Of a DNA stretch of 64,000 nt, positions 20,961 through 31,891 are shown piece by piece (position 1 is the first letter of the stretch; every line of letters begins with the position of its first letter). Below the pieces are notes generated by a model. That model searched no databases and was not told the origin of the DNA. It saw only the letters and a list, made by a program, of their open reading frames with translations. A program made the translations under genes and the position numbers. The DNA is from an uncultured Mycoplasma sp. (GTDB lineage: Bacteria; Bacillota_I; Bacilli_A; RF39; UBA660): the NCBI GenBank assembly GCA_945947035.1, contig CAMEXD010000006.1, positions 1,574 through 65,573 of the forward strand, in the 5' to 3' direction.

Positions 20961-21446
20961 ATGATGAAATTAAAGATGATCGCAGCAGTAGGAAAAAATA
21001 ATGAACTTGGAAAAAATAATGATTTAATTTGGCACTTAAAAGAAGATTTAAAGTTTTTTAGAGATATAACTATTGGCCATACTGTAGTTATGGGAGAAAA
21101 TACTTTTTTATCACTTCCAAAACTTCTTCCAAATAGAAAGCATATTGTTTTATCAAAAAGTGATAAAACTTTTCCTAATGAAGTTGTAGTATTTCATGAT
21201 TTTAATGATTTTTTAAATGCCTATTGTAATAGCAATGAAGAAATATTTGTAATAGGTGGTGGCATGATTTATAAGTTATTTATCGATTATGTTGATGAAA
21301 TATATTTAACAGAAATAGATGATGAAGACAAAGATGCAACAGTATATTTTCCAGAATTTAATAAGGAATTATTTACTAAAGATTTACTATGTAGTCATGA
21401 AGATAATGGTTTAAATTATAACCACGTTTTATATAGGAGGAAGTAG
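20961..21446 (+). CDS. folA: Dihydrofolate reductase
   Basis: LIWHLKEDLKFF, VVMGENT, LPNRKHIV, IGGG. Confidence 0.95.
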   Translation: MMKLKMIAAVGKNNELGKNNDLIWHLKEDLKFFRDITIGHTVVMGENTFLSLPKLLPNRKHIVLSKSDKTFPNEVVVFHDFNDFLNAYCNSNEEIFVIGGGMIYKLFIDYVDEIYLTEIDDEDKDATVYFPEFNKELFTKDLLCSHEDNGLNYNHVLYRRK

Positions 21447-21448
21447 TT

Positions 21449-22117
21449 ATGGGAAAACTTATCTTAATCGAAGGAACTGATTGTTCAGGAAAAGAAACAC
21501 AAAGCAAATTATTAGTAGAAAAATTAAACAAACGAGGTATTAAAGCAACTTATTTTACTTTTCCTTATTATGATAGTCCAACTGGTAAAATAGTAGGAGG
21601 TCCTTATCTTGGCAAAAAAAAAATAGGTGATTCTTATTTTGTGGAAGGTGCAAGTAAAGTTCCTGCGAAAGTTGCAAGTCTTTACTTTGCGGCAGATCGT
21701 CTTTATAATTTGGACTATTTAAAAAAATTATTAGATGAGAACGAATATGTAATTTTAGATCGCTATGTCTATAGTAATATGGCTCACCAAGGTGGAAAAA
21801 TAGAAACAAAAGAAGAAAGATTTGCTATGTATGATTTTTTATATGAACTTGAATTTAATATGCTAGGTTTAATAAAACCAGACTTAGTTATCTTTTTACA
21901 TATGCCATATTTATATGCTAGTATCTTAAAACAAAATAGAACATATCTTGATGGTCATGAAAAAGATGCAAACCATTTAAAAAATGCTGAAAATGCTTAT
22001 CTTGAATTATCTGATCGTTACAATTTTTCCTATGTTGTTTGTGTAAAAGATAATGAAATAAGAAATATAGATGATATAAATGAAGAATTATACAATAAAA
22101 TATTAAATAATAAGTAA
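21449..22117 (+). CDS. tmk: Thymidylate kinase family
   Basis: IEGTDCSGKETQ, LDRYVYSN, KPDLVIFL. Confidence 0.85.
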   Translation: MGKLILIEGTDCSGKETQSKLLVEKLNKRGIKATYFTFPYYDSPTGKIVGGPYLGKKKIGDSYFVEGASKVPAKVASLYFAADRLYNLDYLKKLLDENEYVILDRYVYSNMAHQGGKIETKEERFAMYDFLYELEFNMLGLIKPDLVIFLHMPYLYASILKQNRTYLDGHEKDANHLKNAENAYLELSDRYNFSYVVCVKDNEIRNIDDINEELYNKILNNK

Positions 22118-22128
22118 AAGCTGCAAAA

Positions 22129-22488
22129 TTATGCAGCTTTTCTATTTATACCAAACATTGAACCTAACATACTAAATACAATAATTAAAATAGCAAATAG
22201 CATAAATTGCCATGAAAGCATTCTAAATATAAGTGCTAAAATAAAACATAATAAAGCAAAAATAAGTCCAAATTTGATACCACTTTGATATCCTTTTCTT
22301 GGTGCATTTTTACCAATGTAGAATCCTCCGATTAAAGGAGATATTGCAGTAATTACCAGTTTTAAGATATTTATTACTGAATCACTTAATAACTCAAAAT
22401 AATTAAGAATAGAAATAATTAAAGTAAAAATAACAATGGCTCCTAAAGTAAAACCAAGTGCTATAAGATATTTTTTTAAACTCTCCAT
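22129..22488 (-). CDS. TIGR04086/YrzE-like membrane protein
   Basis: Four TM segments, GGFYIGK..KGY..G; synteny yrzE-yrbG-spoVB as in Bacillus. Confidence 0.7.
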   Translation of the reverse strand: MESLKKYLIALGFTLGAIVIFTLIISILNYFELLSDSVINILKLVITAISPLIGGFYIGKNAPRKGYQSGIKFGLIFALLCFILALIFRMLSWQFMLFAILIIVFSMLGSMFGINRKAA

Positions 22489-22556
22489 AAATTCTTCACC
22501 TAATTAAATATATGTTTTTGCATAATAATTTATTATTTATTTCACTATATATTTAG

Positions 22557-22913
22557 GTGATGTTTATGATTATTATAAAACTTTTGTTAAATCTTGTTTT
22601 AATCGTTTTTTATTTAAAAATAAATCATAATAAGTATTTAAATCAATTTACAACAACTGATTTTTTAAGTATTATTTTAAATATTGTTGTAATAGTGTTA
22701 TCTTTGACAAATAATATATCTATTTTTATTAATATTATTTTATCTTTTATTATTATTTTATTTAATTATAGTTGTAATTACTTTTTTGAAACAATAAAAG
22801 TAAATTATGATGGTAAAAAAATACTTTTAAATAATGATAACAATTTAATTGAAGCAATAAAAGACATTAGAATTAAAAGATTAAGAACTATTTTGAAAAA
22901 ATATAATTTATAA
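22557..22913 (+). CDS. Short YrbG/DUF421-like membrane protein
   Basis: LNQFTTTDFL TM pattern and position; shorter than typical family members. Confidence 0.45.
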   Translation: MMFMIIIKLLLNLVLIVFYLKINHNKYLNQFTTTDFLSIILNIVVIVLSLTNNISIFINIILSFIIILFNYSCNYFFETIKVNYDGKKILLNNDNNLIEAIKDIRIKRLRTILKKYNL

Positions 22914-24206
22914 TACTTTTTTCATAACTTTATATTGATGGATTGTTATATATAAAAAGCTTATAAAATAAGAAATTATAATAGGATACATACCAATATC
23001 AAGATATGATAAGAAAAATAGTAAACCAATTTTTATAATTGAACCAATCAAGTTTGATGTGAAAATTGTTTTGGATTTATTAATTGTTTGTAAGATACTA
23101 CTTAACGGTCCTAAAATATAGGAAATGAAAAACAAGATTGAAGCAAGTCTTAGATAGTTTGCTCCTATAGTTGTTTTATAAATCAAATTAAGAGAAAACT
23201 CGGGAAATAAAAATAGAAATATACAAAATGGTAAACCAATTAAAACAGAGTATAAAAGTGATTGTTTAATTCTTCTTTTAACCTCTTTAATATTTTTTTT
23301 GGTATAATTTCTGGTAATTTCTGGCAAAAGAGCGCTAGATATTGCACCAGTTAAAAAGTTTGGCATCATAATAATTGGAAAAACGTATCCTGTTATTATT
23401 CCATATTCATAGGTTATATAATTATTGTCATATCCTAATTTTAAAAAGACAAATGTTAAAATGATTGGTTCCAAAAACAAACTAATACTTGATATTAATC
23501 TACTTAAAGTTGTGGGAATACTTATTGCAAAAATATCTTTTATATATGTAGGATCTGGTTTTATGTATTCTTTTTTAATAGTTAAGTTTTTAGGAATAAA
23601 GAATAAGAATACTAAAATTGAAGTAAGTTCACTTACAACATTAGTTAAAACAAGAAAAGAAACAGCAAAAATCAAGCTTTTTTCTAACAAATAAGGAGTT
23701 ATTAGAGCAATTAAAATAATTCTTACAATTTGCTCTACAATATTTGATAAAACATGGGGAAACATTTTTTGTTTGCCAAAAAAGTATCCTCTTAGAATAC
23801 TTGAAGTTGTAATAAAAGGAAGAGTAATAGCAATTGATAAAATAGGGTAGAATAAGTTTTCATTTTGTAAGAGATTACCCGCAATAAAATTGGCTGAAAT
23901 AAAAATTACAATTATTAGTAAAAAATCAAATATTAAAGCAATTGGAATTATTCCAAGAACTATTTTTTTATTATTTCTTACATCTTCAGCAACAAGTTTT
24001 GATATAGCGGTTGGTAGAGATAAACTTGCTATTGTTATAAACAAATTAAAGGTAGGATTAATGAGCATGTAAAGACCTGTTCCAACAACTCCAACAGTTC
24101 TAGTTGTAATAATTCTAATTACCATCCCTAAAACTTTAGTAAGAAGTCCTCCGACAACTAAAATAATGGTTGATTTAATAAACTTTTCTTTAAAATTAAT
24201 TTTCAT
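22908..24206 (-). CDS. spoVB: SpoVB/MurJ-type MOP flippase
   Basis: GLPTA-like SLPTAISKLVAE, RGYFFGKQKM, EQIVRI; about 12 TM; Bacillus-like synteny. Confidence 0.8.
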   Translation of the reverse strand: MKINFKEKFIKSTIILVVGGLLTKVLGMVIRIITTRTVGVVGTGLYMLINPTFNLFITIASLSLPTAISKLVAEDVRNNKKIVLGIIPIALIFDFLLIIVIFISANFIAGNLLQNENLFYPILSIAITLPFITTSSILRGYFFGKQKMFPHVLSNIVEQIVRIILIALITPYLLEKSLIFAVSFLVLTNVVSELTSILVFLFFIPKNLTIKKEYIKPDPTYIKDIFAISIPTTLSRLISSISLFLEPIILTFVFLKLGYDNNYITYEYGIITGYVFPIIMMPNFLTGAISSALLPEITRNYTKKNIKEVKRRIKQSLLYSVLIGLPFCIFLFLFPEFSLNLIYKTTIGANYLRLASILFFISYILGPLSSILQTINKSKTIFTSNLIGSIIKIGLLFFLSYLDIGMYPIIISYFISFLYITIHQYKVMKKVL

Positions 24207-24350
24207 AGTAAAAATATATGAAAAAAATATGAATTAATGTTTAAAATGTTTGTATATTTGATGTTAGATGATAGGCAAAATTTTTTGTCTTTTTTTTTGA
24301 CAAAAATTATGATATTATAGTGTTGTATGAAACTTAAGGAGGTAAAAAAT

Positions 24351-26459
24351 ATGGATGAAAATGATTTTGAAGAAGAAAGTAACGGATATGAAGAGCAAAA
24401 CTCATCTTACAGTTTTCCAGGATTTGGTACAGGAAAAACTAATTATGATAAAAATAATGTAAATGTTAATGATACAAATGATGTTAATACAACAACAACT
24501 GGAAGTCCATCAAATAATGTAAGTGGTTCTAATAATATTCCTCAACCTGCTTCAACATCTTCAAATGTTCCTAGAGGAACTAATAGTTTGCCTCCGCAAA
24601 ACAATAGTGGATTAACGTCTGGAAATAAAGATAATAATGATAAAAATGATGAAAATAGTTTGAAACAAAATATGAAAAATCAAAGCCAAAATAAAAAACC
24701 TGTTTCAAACGAAGATTCAAAAGAAAAAGAAAAGGATGATAAAAAGTCAAACGATAATAAAAGTAAAAATGGCGATAGTTCATCAAACAAAAATAATAAT
24801 AATAATAACAATAATACTTCAAGCGATTCATCTGATAATTCTTTAAAAGATAAACTTAAACCTGGAAATATTGGAAAAAATTTAGGTCTTGGCGCTTTAA
24901 ATAAAATGGGACAAGGTGCAAAAAATAAAGCACGTGACATGCAAGGAGAAGATGCACCAACAGACGAAGATAGTCCTGTTGTTGCTAGTTTGAAAAGTGC
25001 GGGAGGAAATTTTGCTAAATTTATTTTATTTATTATAAGACATCCTTATGTTGCAATAATAGGCGGCATTATCATTATAGTTCTTTTTCTACTGATTTTT
25101 TTTGCAGTATCGACAAGTAGTATTTTTAGTGGTAGAAAATATGGTGGTTGGTATTGCAATATGTATTCACCAACAACTAGTTCTAATCCAGGAGAAGTAA
25201 CATCATTTTATACTTGGAGAATTTGGAATAAATCTGCTGATGCTCATAAAGGAATAGATATATCATATGGCTCTAAAGGAGCACAAATACTTGCAACTCA
25301 TGATGGAAATATTGCTGAAACCAATTATGAAATTGAAGGTGGAAAAGATGGAGAATATGGAATATATATAAAAATAGATGATCCAAAAGAAAAAGATGAT
25401 AAAAAATATCGTACTTATTATGCCCATCTTTGTAGTTTGGAAGAAGAAAGAGAATTAAAAGAATCTTGTGAAGCAGGAGAGTATACTGGATGTGATAATA
25501 AATGCCAAGAAATACAAAATGATGATGGTTCAATTACATATAACTATATTTGGTCATGTGGCAAAAGTGAAAAAGATTTTGAATCTTTAATTAACAAATT
25601 AAAAGTTGGGACTGCTGTAAAAAAAGGTGATGTTATTGGATATGTTAGCGATACTGGATATAGAAGTGCTTCTTGTGATTTTCATGTTCATTATGAAACA
25701 CAAGCCAATAAAAATTATGATACTCCAGATGAAGGTTATGTCGCAGAAAGTCCAAATAGATATTTTAATATAGATGATTCATCAATTGGTTGTGATCCTG
25801 TTTTAAGTAGTGGTGAATTTGCAACACCGATGGATAAAATTGAAAAATGGGAATGTGAAAAACCAATTATTATTGATGATAAAGAAGATGAAATTTTTAA
25901 ATATTGCGATGAAGAAAAAGAAATAACACCAGAAGAAAATAGATTTAAAGGAACTATTGGAATTAAAAATGATGAAGGCGATTATATATATACCGAAGGA
26001 TTAGGAACTTATGTTGGAAGTATATGTGGATATGAAGCAAAACCAACTTATTATGGAAAAGAAAAACAATGTGCTGCAGGTGTTTATAACTATTATGAAA
26101 GCTTTTTAATGGGTGCTGATAGTGATACTTGGAATAAATTTCAAAGTATTAAAGGAAATGCAATAGATTATTGGAATAATAACGCTTCTCTTGGAACAAA
26201 TGGATTTAAAACAAGCAGTGAACCATCAGCGGGATCAGTTTGGGTAACTTCTTATAGCAAATCAAAAGACGCTAATGGTAATTCTTATGGTCATATTATG
26301 GCAGTAACTAAAGTTGAAGGTAATAATGTTTATGTGTATGAATGTAATGGATACACATCAAAAACTTGTGGAAATTATACTTATACAAAAGATGAATTGG
26401 CTAGTAAAAAAGGTTTTATGGGTTATATTAATATAATTGAAGAGGGCGATGATTGCTGA
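24351..26459 (+). CDS. Membrane-anchored peptidoglycan hydrolase with M23 and CHAP domains and a long low-complexity N-terminus
   Basis: HKGID, YAHL, HVHYE (M23); QCAAG and GHIMAV (CHAP Cys/His); TM at YVAIIGGIIIIVLFLLIFFAV. Confidence 0.8.
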   Translation: MDENDFEEESNGYEEQNSSYSFPGFGTGKTNYDKNNVNVNDTNDVNTTTTGSPSNNVSGSNNIPQPASTSSNVPRGTNSLPPQNNSGLTSGNKDNNDKNDENSLKQNMKNQSQNKKPVSNEDSKEKEKDDKKSNDNKSKNGDSSSNKNNNNNNNNTSSDSSDNSLKDKLKPGNIGKNLGLGALNKMGQGAKNKARDMQGEDAPTDEDSPVVASLKSAGGNFAKFILFIIRHPYVAIIGGIIIIVLFLLIFFAVSTSSIFSGRKYGGWYCNMYSPTTSSNPGEVTSFYTWRIWNKSADAHKGIDISYGSKGAQILATHDGNIAETNYEIEGGKDGEYGIYIKIDDPKEKDDKKYRTYYAHLCSLEEERELKESCEAGEYTGCDNKCQEIQNDDGSITYNYIWSCGKSEKDFESLINKLKVGTAVKKGDVIGYVSDTGYRSASCDFHVHYETQANKNYDTPDEGYVAESPNRYFNIDDSSIGCDPVLSSGEFATPMDKIEKWECEKPIIIDDKEDEIFKYCDEEKEITPEENRFKGTIGIKNDEGDYIYTEGLGTYVGSICGYEAKPTYYGKEKQCAAGVYNYYESFLMGADSDTWNKFQSIKGNAIDYWNNNASLGTNGFKTSSEPSAGSVWVTSYSKSKDANGNSYGHIMAVTKVEGNNVYVYECNGYTSKTCGNYTYTKDELASKKGFMGYINIIEEGDDC

Positions 26460-27130
26460 TGCATAAAAAAATGTATATATTTATTATTGTATCTATCTTA
26501 TTATTAACAGGATGTAATGCTAATTTTAATGTAAAAATAGAAGATAATATGATAAAACAAGAAGCATTAATTAATATGACAAATAGTGAAACAAATGGAA
26601 AATATGTAGTAGATGCTTTATCAGATATGGTTCTTGATGTTGAAAATGATTCTGAGTTTTTAGGGTATTTTACAATAATAGGAAACAAAAAATCAAATCC
26701 TTTAAATGCAAGTATTAATTATAATCTGAATAATTATGATTTTGATTACGCTCTTTCATTTTGTTATGATAATCAAAATATCACATATAATAACAATATC
26801 TTAACAATTTCTGCCAACAATTTTAATTGTTTTCAAAAATACAATATAATTAATGGCATAAATATTAATGTCACAACAGGATATAAAGTTTTAGAACATA
26901 ATGCAGATAGTGTTAATGGTAATACTTATACTTGGAATATAAATAAAAATAACTCTAATAATATAAAACTTAGTCTTGATACAACAATAGATGAAATAAA
27001 ACAAAATGAAGAACAAAAACAAGAAAATAAAAAAAACATCACGTTAATAGTAGGAATAACAATTGGTTCCTTAATATTAGGTTTAGCAATAGCAATGTAT
27101 ATTATGTATCAAAAAAATAATAAAATTTAA
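26453..27130 (+). CDS. Putative lipoprotein with C-terminal TM
   Basis: LLTGC lipobox; hydrophobic C-terminus. Confidence 0.7.
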   Translation: MLMHKKMYIFIIVSILLLTGCNANFNVKIEDNMIKQEALINMTNSETNGKYVVDALSDMVLDVENDSEFLGYFTIIGNKKSNPLNASINYNLNNYDFDYALSFCYDNQNITYNNNILTISANNFNCFQKYNIINGININVTTGYKVLEHNADSVNGNTYTWNINKNNSNNIKLSLDTTIDEIKQNEEQKQENKKNITLIVGITIGSLILGLAIAMYIMYQKNNKI

Positions 27131-27184
27131 AAAATGTATAAAAAAAATAATTCTTTCCATTATATAAATGGGAGGAATTTTTAT

Positions 27185-27730
27185 ATGAAAAAGTTTTTAT
27201 TAAGCTTATGTTTAGTAATATCAATTGTTTTACTTTCTGGTTGTACTATGGATAATACTCCTACTAAAAAGGTAGAAAATTATCTTAATAATTATAAAAC
27301 TTTAAACAATGATGTATTAACTCAATTAGACGAAACTATTAATCTTGATACAATGATGAGTGCAGAACAAAAAAACAATTACAAAGATGTCTTAAAACGT
27401 CAATATCAAAATTTAACATATGAAGTAAAAGACGAAGTAGTAAATGGTGATTCTGCAACTGTTACTGTTGAAATTGAGGTTTATGATTATTATAAAATGA
27501 ACAAAGAAAGCGATATTTATTATCAAACTGCACCTGATGAATTCAAAGATGAAAATGGTAATATAGTAGAATCAAAATATATTGATTATAGACTAAATAA
27601 ATTAAAAACCTATAATGAAAAAGTAAAATATACTATTGATTTTTATTTGAAAAAAGTAGATAAAACTTGGGTTTTACAAGATATAAGCGAAGATACTAGA
27701 CAAAAGATTCATGGATTATATGCTTATTAA
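27185..27730 (+). CDS. Putative lipoprotein (NTF2-like/DUF4878-like)
   Basis: LLSGC lipobox; EVVNGDSATVTVEI pattern; SD ggagg before ATG 27185. Confidence 0.65.
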   Translation: MKKFLLSLCLVISIVLLSGCTMDNTPTKKVENYLNNYKTLNNDVLTQLDETINLDTMMSAEQKNNYKDVLKRQYQNLTYEVKDEVVNGDSATVTVEIEVYDYYKMNKESDIYYQTAPDEFKDENGNIVESKYIDYRLNKLKTYNEKVKYTIDFYLKKVDKTWVLQDISEDTRQKIHGLYAY

Positions 27731-27796
27731 AAGGAAATAATTAAATTTAGAATTATTTCTTTTTTTTAAAATAAAATTTATTAGTGGTGAATTTAT

Positions 27797-28846
27797 ATGA
27801 AAAAAATTATAGTTTTTGTAATTGCTTTTTTTGTTTTTTCTAACCAGGTTTTTGCATCTAGTATTGTTATGGATATGGATAGTAATAGAGTTTTATATAA
27901 AAATAATAGTGATGAAAAAGCATTGATTGCATCAACCACAAAAATAATGACAGCACTTCTTGCTATAGAATCTAATAGATTAGAAGAAATTGTAAAAATA
28001 GGCGATGAAGTTTTAAGTATGTATGGTTCAAACATTTACATTGAAAAAAATGAAGAAATGCTTCTTTTAGATTTAGTATATGGACTTATGCTTAGAAGTG
28101 GCAATGATGCATCAGTTTCTATTGCTAAATTTGTCTCAGGAAGTGAAGAAAAATTTGTCAGTGATATGAACGAAAAAGCCAAAGAAATAGGGATGAAAAA
28201 TACAATCTATGAAAATCCAAATGGACTTGATGATGAAACAAAAAACTATTCAACAGCATATGATTTATGTCTTTTATATTCTTATGCTTATAAGTATCCT
28301 ATATTTAAAACAATCGTAGGTACAAAATACTATAATACAACTTCATCATTAAAAGCTTACTCTTGGAAAAACAGAAATGAACTTTTATTTAATTATGAAT
28401 ATGCAACTGGTGGAAAAACAGGGTATACTCCAGATGCTGGTAGAATACTAGTATCAAGTGCCTCTTACAATGATATTAATTTATGTATTGCAACCATTGA
28501 TAAAAATTCTTATCTTTATGATTTTCATGAACAAAAATATGATTATGTATTTAGTAATTACAAAAAATATAAAATATTAGATAAAGATAATTTTTATGTA
28601 GATAAAAATACTAATACTTATCTTGATCATGATTTTTATTATACTTTAACTGAAGATGAGTATAATAGACTTGATATCAAAGTCAATTTAGAAGATAAAA
28701 AAGACAACATTTTAGGCAAAGTAATTGTAAGCTTTGACGATGAAATAATTGATTCTAATACTATTTATATTTTAAAAAAAGATCAAAGTGATTTTTTTAA
28801 TAAAATAATAGAGTTTTTTAAATCAATATTGCCTTTTTTTGAATAA
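27797..28846 (+). CDS. dacB: D-alanyl-D-alanine carboxypeptidase (S11, DacB/DacF-like)
   Basis: ASTTK (SxxK), RSGN (SxN), NPNGL, GKTG. Confidence 0.88.
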   Translation: MKKIIVFVIAFFVFSNQVFASSIVMDMDSNRVLYKNNSDEKALIASTTKIMTALLAIESNRLEEIVKIGDEVLSMYGSNIYIEKNEEMLLLDLVYGLMLRSGNDASVSIAKFVSGSEEKFVSDMNEKAKEIGMKNTIYENPNGLDDETKNYSTAYDLCLLYSYAYKYPIFKTIVGTKYYNTTSSLKAYSWKNRNELLFNYEYATGGKTGYTPDAGRILVSSASYNDINLCIATIDKNSYLYDFHEQKYDYVFSNYKKYKILDKDNFYVDKNTNTYLDHDFYYTLTEDEYNRLDIKVNLEDKKDNILGKVIVSFDDEIIDSNTIYILKKDQSDFFNKIIEFFKSILPFFE

Positions 28847-28871
28847 TCAATTATAATTTATAAAAAGGTGA

Positions 28872-29612
28872 TTGATTATGGAACGAATTCAAAAAATAAT
28901 TGCAAGTTCTGGATATACTTCAAGAAGAAAAGCAGAAGAATTTATAAAAGAAGGAAAAGTATTTGTTAACGGAAAAAAAGTTGATGAATTAGGATATAAA
29001 GTATCAAATAATGATATAATCACAATAAATGGTGAAGTTATAAATCAAGATAATAAATGTTTTTGTTATTACCTTTTAAATAAACCACGTGGCGTAATTT
29101 CATCAACAAAAGATGAAAAAAACAGAAAAACTGTTGTAGATTTAATTGATACCAAAGAAAGAATTTATCCAGTTGGAAGACTTGATTATGATACAACAGG
29201 TCTTTTAATACTTACTAATGATGGTAATCTATCAAATATTTTAACTCATCCTTCAAATAAAATAGACAAAACATATCTAGCCAAAGTTACAGGACTTTTT
29301 AAAGTACTTGATTTAAAAAAAATGGAAAAAGGTGTTTATATTGATGGATTTAAAACTAGTCCTTGCAAAGTAAAAATAAAATCATTTGATAAAAAAAGTA
29401 ATACATCTAAAGTTGAAATAACAATTCATGAAGGAAAAAATCATCAAGTAAAAAAGATGTTTAATAGCTTAGGTTATGATGTTTTAAAATTAAAAAGAGA
29501 AAAGTATGCCTTTCTTACACTTGATGGATTAAAGTCAGGTGAATATAGAAAACTAACCCCTAAAGAAGTAAAAATTTTATATAGTTTAGCTAACAAAAAA
29601 AAGGAAAATTAA
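28872..29612 (+). CDS. rluB: rRNA pseudouridine synthase (RluB family)
   Basis: S4 domain SRRKAEE, NKPRG, PVGRLDYDTTG, EGKNHQVK. Confidence 0.92.
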   Translation: MIMERIQKIIASSGYTSRRKAEEFIKEGKVFVNGKKVDELGYKVSNNDIITINGEVINQDNKCFCYYLLNKPRGVISSTKDEKNRKTVVDLIDTKERIYPVGRLDYDTTGLLILTNDGNLSNILTHPSNKIDKTYLAKVTGLFKVLDLKKMEKGVYIDGFKTSPCKVKIKSFDKKSNTSKVEITIHEGKNHQVKKMFNSLGYDVLKLKREKYAFLTLDGLKSGEYRKLTPKEVKILYSLANKKKEN

Positions 29613-29621
29613 TTCCTTTTT

Positions 29622-29816
29622 TTATTCTTCTTCAAGATTTATAGCACCAGTTGGACAATTATCAGCAGCTGTTTTTACATCATCTTCTAAATTTTCATCA
29701 ACTAAGTTTTTTTTACAACAAGCAACACCATCATCTTGAAGTTCAAACATATCAGGCACTAAAGAAGCGCAAGCTCCACACCCAATACATAAATTTTCTA
29801 CTACTTTTGCTTTCAT
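29622..29816 (-). CDS. fer: Ferredoxin
   Basis: CIGCGAC...CPTGAI. Confidence 0.92.
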   Translation of the reverse strand: MKAKVVENLCIGCGACASLVPDMFELQDDGVACCKKNLVDENLEDDVKTAADNCPTGAINLEEE

Positions 29817-29914
29817 AACTTCCTCCTTATAAAATTATAACAGATAAAAAAAATAATTACTATTGTTTTTTTGAAAAATATGATATACTTAAGTAGAAAA
29901 TAGGTGATTTATTT

Positions 29915-30652
29915 ATGAATAGTAGAATGGACAAATATGAAAATAACAATATACCAACTTCTAGAACCTTAAAAAACAAAAATTTATATGAGGAAATAGA
30001 TAGAATTGATGTTGGTTATGTTGATTTGAATTCATCTAATGTATTTGAAATACCAAGCGATTCTAATAGAACAATTAAAACAAGAGAGGATTATAAAAGA
30101 TACCATGATTTAGAAGGAATATTACCGATTTCTAAAGAAGAAAAATCATCAGTTTTAGTTAAAGAAAAAGAAGAAAGAATATATGACATTGATGAAATAC
30201 TAAAAAAAGCTAAAGAAGAATTACATGAAGAAGAAACAAAAAAAAGACTACTTAATACCGAATATAATATTTTAACTAAACTTGATTTAGAAAATATTAA
30301 AAAACTAGAAAGTAATAATTTAAAAGAAGAAGAACTTAGAAAAATAGTAGATGAAGTTTATCCAAAAAAAGAACAAATAGATAACAATGAAGAATTATTT
30401 GCTGATTTAAAAGAAGATGATTTACAAAAAGAAATATTTGACAAAGAAACAGAAAATGTTTCCGTAATTAAACCTAAATTAGAAAAAGAAGAAAAAGAAC
30501 TACAAAAAACAATTATAGATACAACCATTGATACTGAATTATTTAGTGTTCCTAAGAGCAATAAAGTTATAACAACTATAGTTATTATTGTCGTAATTTC
30601 AATTTTAGGAGTTGGCGCTTATTTGTTATTAAAATATTTTAATGTAATTTAA
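29915..30652 (+). CDS. Hypothetical protein with C-terminal TM
   Basis: ORF track; SRMDKY..SRT.KN N-terminus; hydrophobic C-terminus. Confidence 0.7.
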   Translation: MNSRMDKYENNNIPTSRTLKNKNLYEEIDRIDVGYVDLNSSNVFEIPSDSNRTIKTREDYKRYHDLEGILPISKEEKSSVLVKEKEERIYDIDEILKKAKEELHEEETKKRLLNTEYNILTKLDLENIKKLESNNLKEEELRKIVDEVYPKKEQIDNNEELFADLKEDDLQKEIFDKETENVSVIKPKLEKEEKELQKTIIDTTIDTELFSVPKSNKVITTIVIIVVISILGVGAYLLLKYFNVI

Positions 30653-30685
30653 CATTTTTATCTTTATTATTTAATAGTATTTAGT

Positions 30686-31375
30686 ATGACACGTATGAAA
30701 TTAAAAAACAAAAAAAGTTATTTAAGTAGATTAAAAAGGGTAATATTTATTATTCTTTTAATTAGTATAACTTTTTTTATTATTGTAAGAAAACCAATAT
30801 CTTATATATCAGATTTTTTTCTAAATTATGCCCAAATTGAAGCAACAAAAATGATTTCTTCAATAATAAATTCATCGTCTTCAAGTGAAGATTTTGATAA
30901 GATATCTTTTGATAATTTATATTATATAACAAGAAGTAGCGAAAATGAAATCGAGATGATTGATTATAATTTGGCTGCAGTTAATGAATTGCTTGATGAA
31001 ATAACACTAAATATTCAAAATAATTTAGAAAAAATAGAAGAAAAAGAAATATTATATATACCTTTTGGAATTATATTTAATAATCCATTTTTAAATAATC
31101 TTGGTCCTAATATTCCGATTAAACTAAAATTAATAAGTTCTGTTTTAACAAATGTTAATACTAAATTAAGCGATTATGGTATAAATAATAGTTTGATAGA
31201 GATTAGTATAAATATTGAAGTAAGGGCAAAAGTATTGCTTCCTATTTCTTCTAAAGATATAATTGTGACTAATGATATTCCTATATCTTACAAGATAATA
31301 ACTGGAAAAATACCAGAATATTATAGTGGATTAATATCAAAAAAATCAAATCTTTATCAAATTCCACTTGAATAA
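30686..31375 (+). CDS. yunB: Sporulation protein YunB
   Basis: IPFGIIFNNPFLNNLGPNIPI, YGINNSLIEI, IPEYY. Confidence 0.88.
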   Translation: MTRMKLKNKKSYLSRLKRVIFIILLISITFFIIVRKPISYISDFFLNYAQIEATKMISSIINSSSSSEDFDKISFDNLYYITRSSENEIEMIDYNLAAVNELLDEITLNIQNNLEKIEEKEILYIPFGIIFNNPFLNNLGPNIPIKLKLISSVLTNVNTKLSDYGINNSLIEISINIEVRAKVLLPISSKDIIVTNDIPISYKIITGKIPEYYSGLISKKSNLYQIPLE

Positions 31376-31540
31376 TCTATAATTAAATTATATAATTTTC
31401 TTGAGAAGAATTATTCCTTATAAATAGTGCTTTTTATTTGGAATGACTTCACAATGTAATTTTTATTATATGCATAATAAAAAAATAAATAGAAAGGAAT
31501 CAATTAATATTTCTATAAAATTGATTATGAGTGATATCTG

Positions 31541-31813
31541 ATGGAAATTATACTAAATGGCATTAAATATGAGTTGGAAAAAGATCCGTTTAATTCTTTT
31601 AATATGTCTTTAATAGAGGATAAAATTACTGACTATTTTACAAGCTTTGATTATATATTTGGCGATTTTTCTTATGGAAAGGTTAGATATAAAGGATTTT
31701 ATAAAAGTAATAATAAAAATGCGTCAAAAATAAATGATATAAAATATTTAGATAGTTATATAAAAGATTATTGTGCTTATGGTTGTAAATGGTTTTTGCT
31801 AAAAAAAATATAA
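31541..31813 (+). CDS. yutD: YutD/DUF1027 family
   Basis: FDYIFGDFSYGKVRYKGFY, YCAYGCKWF. Confidence 0.85.
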   Translation: MEIILNGIKYELEKDPFNSFNMSLIEDKITDYFTSFDYIFGDFSYGKVRYKGFYKSNNKNASKINDIKYLDSYIKDYCAYGCKWFLLKKI

Positions 31814-31891
31814 AAAACACTAAAATTGTTGTTTTTTTTATTTTATTATGATATTATTGTATTGTATAGAATATAGGAGGCTAAGTTATTT

